Positions 60,451 through 64,000 of a DNA stretch of 64,000 nt are shown here, one piece after another. A model generated the notes under the pieces. It was not told the DNA's origin. It saw only the letters and a list, made by a program, of their open reading frames with translations, and searched no databases. The position numbers and the translations under genes were made by a program. Numbering within the stretch: the stretch's first letter is position 1; each line of letters begins with the position of its first letter. The stretch comes from Patescibacteria group bacterium UBA4787 (lineage in GTDB: Bacteria; Patescibacteriota; Patescibacteriia; UBA2591; UBA4787): assembly GCA_002402995.1 (NCBI GenBank), contig DHGX01000001.1, positions 12,850 to 76,849 of the forward strand, given 5' to 3'.

Positions 60451-60793
60451 GTTCTTCTCTGACTCGCAATTGTCTGGACAATAGTCGTGTTTTACAAAAT
60501 CTCTCCTCCTTCGTCCTCATGGAGGACTACGAAAGGACACGGAAAGCTGGCGGCGTATCTCCTTGTGCTGTGTCTTCTTTCGGCGAATTTTGCTTTGTAT
60601 CTGAATTACTCTATATTGGATGCTTAATTAATACTCCAGATTAATAATTACAGATTAACAATAGGGCAGATATTATAATACCCTGTTTTTATTATTAGGG
60701 TATTGACAGAGTGTAGTTATGGGTATATATTCATAATAGATAGCTATAATAAAGGTTGAGCTATCTGTTAAACAATAATAACCTACAAAAACT

Positions 60794-61033
60794 ATGCCAA
60801 GACTAGATGGAACTGGGCCTTGGGGAATAGGAGCTGGCGCTGGTTGGGGCTTAGGCCCTTGCGGTGGTGGCTTCAGACGAGAATTCGGCCGTGGATTTGG
60901 CAGATACTGGAGATTCGGTTCTCAAGTATTACCCAAAGACGAAAAGCAGATGTTGGAAGACGAAGCCAAAATTTTGGAAGAAGATTTGAAATCCGTGAAA
61001 GAACGCCTCTCTGAACTCAACGCCCAAAAATAA
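60794..61033 (+). CDS. DUF5320 family protein
   Basis: MPRLDGTGPWG.G...G.GLGPCGGG plus C-terminal coiled coil. Confidence 0.8.
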   Translation: MPRLDGTGPWGIGAGAGWGLGPCGGGFRREFGRGFGRYWRFGSQVLPKDEKQMLEDEAKILEEDLKSVKERLSELNAQK

Positions 61034-61129
61034 AGAAGGCCAAGAGCCCAGCCCTTCCTTTTGGGAGGGCTGGGAGAGCCTTCTTAATTAGAGAACATCA
61101 GTTAATTTAAGTTATTTCAATATAAATTT

Positions 61130-61405
61130 ATGCCACGACCAAGACTTTGCAGACGAATACAATTTGACCCAAATATCACTTATTTCAAACCTCAAGGCGT
61201 GCCGATGAGGGAACTCGAGATTATTGAACTTACGACCGAAGAAATAGAAGCGTATCGCTTGCGACATATTAACGATTTAGAACAGCAGAAAGCGGCTGAT
61301 AAGATGCACACCTCACAAAGCACATATCAGAGAATACTTTATTCCGCTTATAAAAAAATTGCGGACGCTTTGATAAACGGCAAGGCGATAAAAATTATCA
61401 AATAA
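61130..61405 (+). CDS. DUF134 family DNA-binding protein
   Basis: MPRPRLCRRI...YFKPQG...EAYRL...KKIADALINGKAI. Confidence 0.85.
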   Translation: MPRPRLCRRIQFDPNITYFKPQGVPMRELEIIELTTEEIEAYRLRHINDLEQQKAADKMHTSQSTYQRILYSAYKKIADALINGKAIKIIK

Positions 61406-61512
61406 AATAGAGCCGAAATTTAAAGGACTGTTTATAATTCTTTTTCTTTTTGCTACTATATCAATATAGATTGATATTTGCCTGCCTCTCGGCAGACAGG
61501 CGCAAAACCCCT

Positions 61513-61818
61513 ATGAATTTTAATTGTTGTAAAACCAAAAAATCAAAGAGCAATCTTAATCGGGTTATGGATTTTTTGAAAGTTATCTCGGAAGAAAACC
61601 GCCTGAAGATTTTATGCATTCTGCGAAAGCAGGAAAAGTGTGTCTGTGAAATCTGGCAGTTTTTGGATTTGCCGCAAAATCTGATTTCTCATCACTTAAA
61701 GGTCTTAAAAGATTCTGGCCTGATTGATTCAAGAAAAGAAGGCACCAAAGTTTTCTAGTTATTAAATCATAAAAATATCAAAAAATTCACTTCTTTGCTG
61801 TCGCATTTTATTAAATAA
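61513..61818 (+). pseudogene. ArsR/SmtB regulator with in-frame TAG
   Basis: NRLKIL...CVCEI...QNLISHHLKVLK..GL...RKEGTKVF-TAG-LLNHKN; TAG sits at the usual Tyr. Confidence 0.7.
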
Positions 61819-61875
61819 CTAAATAAAAATATGACCATCAAAATTTTGGCTTCGTCTTCCAACATCTGCTTTTCG

Positions 61876-62165
61876 CTTTGGCGTTTTGTCCTTACAGTGG
61901 GGTTTTGTTTTTCGGAACTCTGATCTCTTTGGTTTTAAAATCAACGGAGAGTTTGATTTTGCCGCCTATTTTCGCTTTAGGAACTGGGTTGTCAGTGATA
62001 ATATTTTCTTTCTTAATCGCTTTTTCAATACAGAAAGTCAGTAAGGCGTTTCAGATAGTTCAGAAAGTTGAAAAAGTGATGAGGTATACGGTCGCTTCAA
62101 TATTCTTAATTACGGGAGTTTATTATTTGCAATATCTTATAAGATATTTGATTAATATTAGTTAA
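61876..62165 (+). pseudogene. C-terminal fragment of ArsG/DsbD-like permease
   Basis: LAFCPYSGVLFFG...FALGTGL; N-terminal part lost at the 61839-61875 rearrangement. Confidence 0.6.
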
Positions 62166-62190
62166 TAAAATTATTTACTTAACAAAATCT

Positions 62191-62463
62191 ATGAAAGTAT
62201 TAAAATTTGGCGCTGTTTGGTGCTCTGGTTGCTTGGTGATGAAGCCAAGATGGGCAGAAATTGAAAAAGAATTGCCTTGGTTGGAAACAGTAATGTATGA
62301 CCACGATAAAGATAAAGAAATGGTTGGAAAATATAAGATTGATGAAGGAGTCCTGCCCGCCTTCGTTTTTCTTGACAAAGAAGGCAAGGAAATTCTGCGC
62401 CTTAATGGCGAGCCGTCAAAAGAAGAACTGTTGAAAGTTATTAAAGAAAATAAAGAAAAGTAA
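62191..62463 (+). CDS. Thioredoxin-family protein
   Basis: FGAVWCSGC and cis-Pro VLP. Confidence 0.85.
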   Translation: MKVLKFGAVWCSGCLVMKPRWAEIEKELPWLETVMYDHDKDKEMVGKYKIDEGVLPAFVFLDKEGKEILRLNGEPSKEELLKVIKENKEK

Positions 62464-62467
62464 AAGT

Positions 62468-63712
62468 ATGAACAAGAAAACAATCCTTTTGGTTTTGGGG
62501 ACTATTGTTGTTTTTGGCTTTTTGTTCGGTTCTGTTCTAAAAACAGAAAAAGTTTCAGCTGTTGAGAAAGAGGTGAATATTTATTTTTTCTGGGGCGAAG
62601 GTTGTTCGCATTGCGTCAAAGAAAAACCATTTTTGGAAAAACTTGAGAAGAAATACCCGGAAGTGAAAGTCTATAATTTTGAAGTTTGGGGAAATAAAGA
62701 CAACCAAGGGCTGTTAGTAGAAATCGGTAAAAGGCTTAATGCTAATATTTCGGGCGTGCCTTTTACCGTGATTGGCGAGAAATATTTTATCGGCTGGTAT
62801 GATGAACAAAGCACCGGTGCGGCTATTGAAGACGCTGTTAAATGCGTAAAGAAAAATAGCTGTCAGGATATAGGCGGAGAAGTTTTATCTTTGGCTGATC
62901 AAAATGCCAAGCAGAATAAAGATCAGGAAGGTGGCGACGGTGAAGATGAAAAATCTCCCATTCCACAAAAACTTAACGTTCCTATTTTAGGAGAAATTGA
63001 AACCAAAAATTTTTCTTTGCCTGTGTTGACAATAGTTTTAGGCGCTTTGGACGGCTTTAATCCCTGCGCCATGTGGACGCTTTTGTTTTTGATTAGCTTG
63101 CTTTTGGGAATGGAAAACAGAAAAAGAATGTGGATTTTGGGCAGTGCCTTTATTGTCGCCTCGGCTTCAGTGTACTTCGTGTTTATGGCGGCTTGGCTAA
63201 ACTTAATTTTATTTATCGGTTTAGTGGTTTGGGTAAGAATAATTATTGGTCTAATCGCTCTTTTGGGCGGTGGTTATAACTTAAAAGAATACTTTACCAG
63301 TCCAAAGTCCGGATGCAAAGTAACGGGCGGCGAGAAAAGACAAAAAGTTTTTGAAAAACTGAAAAATATCACTCATCAAAAAAGTTTCTATTTAGCTTTG
63401 GGTGGCATTATTATTTTGGCTTTCGCGGTTAATTTAGTTGAACTCATCTGTTCAGCCGGCCTGCCGGCGGTTTATACGCAAGTCTTGGCTTTGAGTAATT
63501 TGGCAAAGTGGCATTACTACCTCTACATCCTGCTTTATATTTTTATATTCATGCTGGATGATTTAATTATCTTTTTTATTGCCATGACCACTTTACGGAT
63601 GACCGGCATTACCACTAAATATAGCCGCTGGTCACATTTGATTGGTGGAATCTTAATGTTAATTATCGGCCTACTGCTGATATTTAAGCCCGGCTGGTTG
63701 ATGTTTGGTTAA
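62468..63712 (+). CDS. Glutaredoxin-like domain fused to DsbD/CcdA-like membrane domain
   Basis: GCSHC and GVPF; DGFNPCAMW...VELICSAG. Confidence 0.8.
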   Translation: MNKKTILLVLGTIVVFGFLFGSVLKTEKVSAVEKEVNIYFFWGEGCSHCVKEKPFLEKLEKKYPEVKVYNFEVWGNKDNQGLLVEIGKRLNANISGVPFTVIGEKYFIGWYDEQSTGAAIEDAVKCVKKNSCQDIGGEVLSLADQNAKQNKDQEGGDGEDEKSPIPQKLNVPILGEIETKNFSLPVLTIVLGALDGFNPCAMWTLLFLISLLLGMENRKRMWILGSAFIVASASVYFVFMAAWLNLILFIGLVVWVRIIIGLIALLGGGYNLKEYFTSPKSGCKVTGGEKRQKVFEKLKNITHQKSFYLALGGIIILAFAVNLVELICSAGLPAVYTQVLALSNLAKWHYYLYILLYIFIFMLDDLIIFFIAMTTLRMTGITTKYSRWSHLIGGILMLIIGLLLIFKPGWLMFG

Positions 63713-63794
63713 ATATTTAATTACTCTTTTCTGAATCGTTTGAATTCTCTCAATTTCGTTTTGTGGGTATCAATCTTTTGCTTTTCCCTCTCAA

Positions 63795-63910
63795 TTACTC
63801 GCCTTCCGTCGCTCTACGGGCTACGGAGGGCAAAGCCACGGGCCTGTCGTGGGCCGGAGGTAGCCAGCTCGTAATTCGGGGCAACCCTTCGATAAGCTCA
63901 GGGCAGTTTT
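63795..63910. repeat. Cluster of GC-rich REP-like palindromes
   Basis: GCCTTCCGTCGC..GCTACGGAGGGC and CCCTTCGATAAGCTCAGGG. Confidence 0.5.
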
Positions 63911-64000
63911 CACCAGTAACGCACGATTTTAAACGGCGAAATGTTGCCGGGAGTCTGTCAAATTGCGGTTCTAAATACGTGAAGCGCGCGGAGTTATGGT

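Noticed and set aside
60040-60462. 140-aa plus-strand ORF, and TTGACA at 60040 as the tRNA promoter
   Set aside because: The ORF spans tRNA-Asn and is antisense to the recombinase remnant; no -10 at proper spacing (it would fall inside the tRNA)
61756-61758. Stop-codon recoding (TAG read-through, or TGA=Gly code 25)
   Set aside because: Single TAG in a decaying island; enolase ends at TGA at the expected position and long genes have no internal TGA

Overview
AT-rich bacterial chromosome segment using the standard genetic code. By inference it is a Patescibacteria (CPR, Parcubacteria-like) genome: reduced housekeeping set, SD-less core genes, tandem gpmI-eno and many ORFans. Core genes are dnaG (partial), tsaC, engB, nrdD, holB, mreB, secA, hpf, two gpmI, eno, two ftsH, infB, rpsA, dnaN, HU and rpmA, plus five tRNAs (Ser-GGA, Leu-TAG, Leu-TAA, Gly-GCC, Asn-GTT). 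Coding strand flips from minus to plus at about 52 kb. A probable oriC (TTATCAAC boxes plus DnaA-trios) lies just upstream of dnaN with no dnaA beside it, and there is a parS site at 43.7 kb. Most notable: (1) an Asn-rich leader peptide with 1:2, 2:3 and 3:4 attenuator helices directly upstream of the tRNA-Asn gene; (2) nine dispersed stand-alone genes sharing promoter, boxA-like motif, SD and their own terminator, unlike the SD-less core genes; (3) a ten-copy, covarying, AATAAA-flanked structured repeat family that often supplies gene stop codons and carries nested palindromic inserts, plus a second three-copy family; (4) large-serine-recombinase tail and att scars around tRNA 3' ends with accreted cargo; (5) a candidate four-hairpin sRNA. 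No CRISPR array, rRNA or intact transposase/integrase was seen. All family calls come from motif recognition by eye, not database searches.
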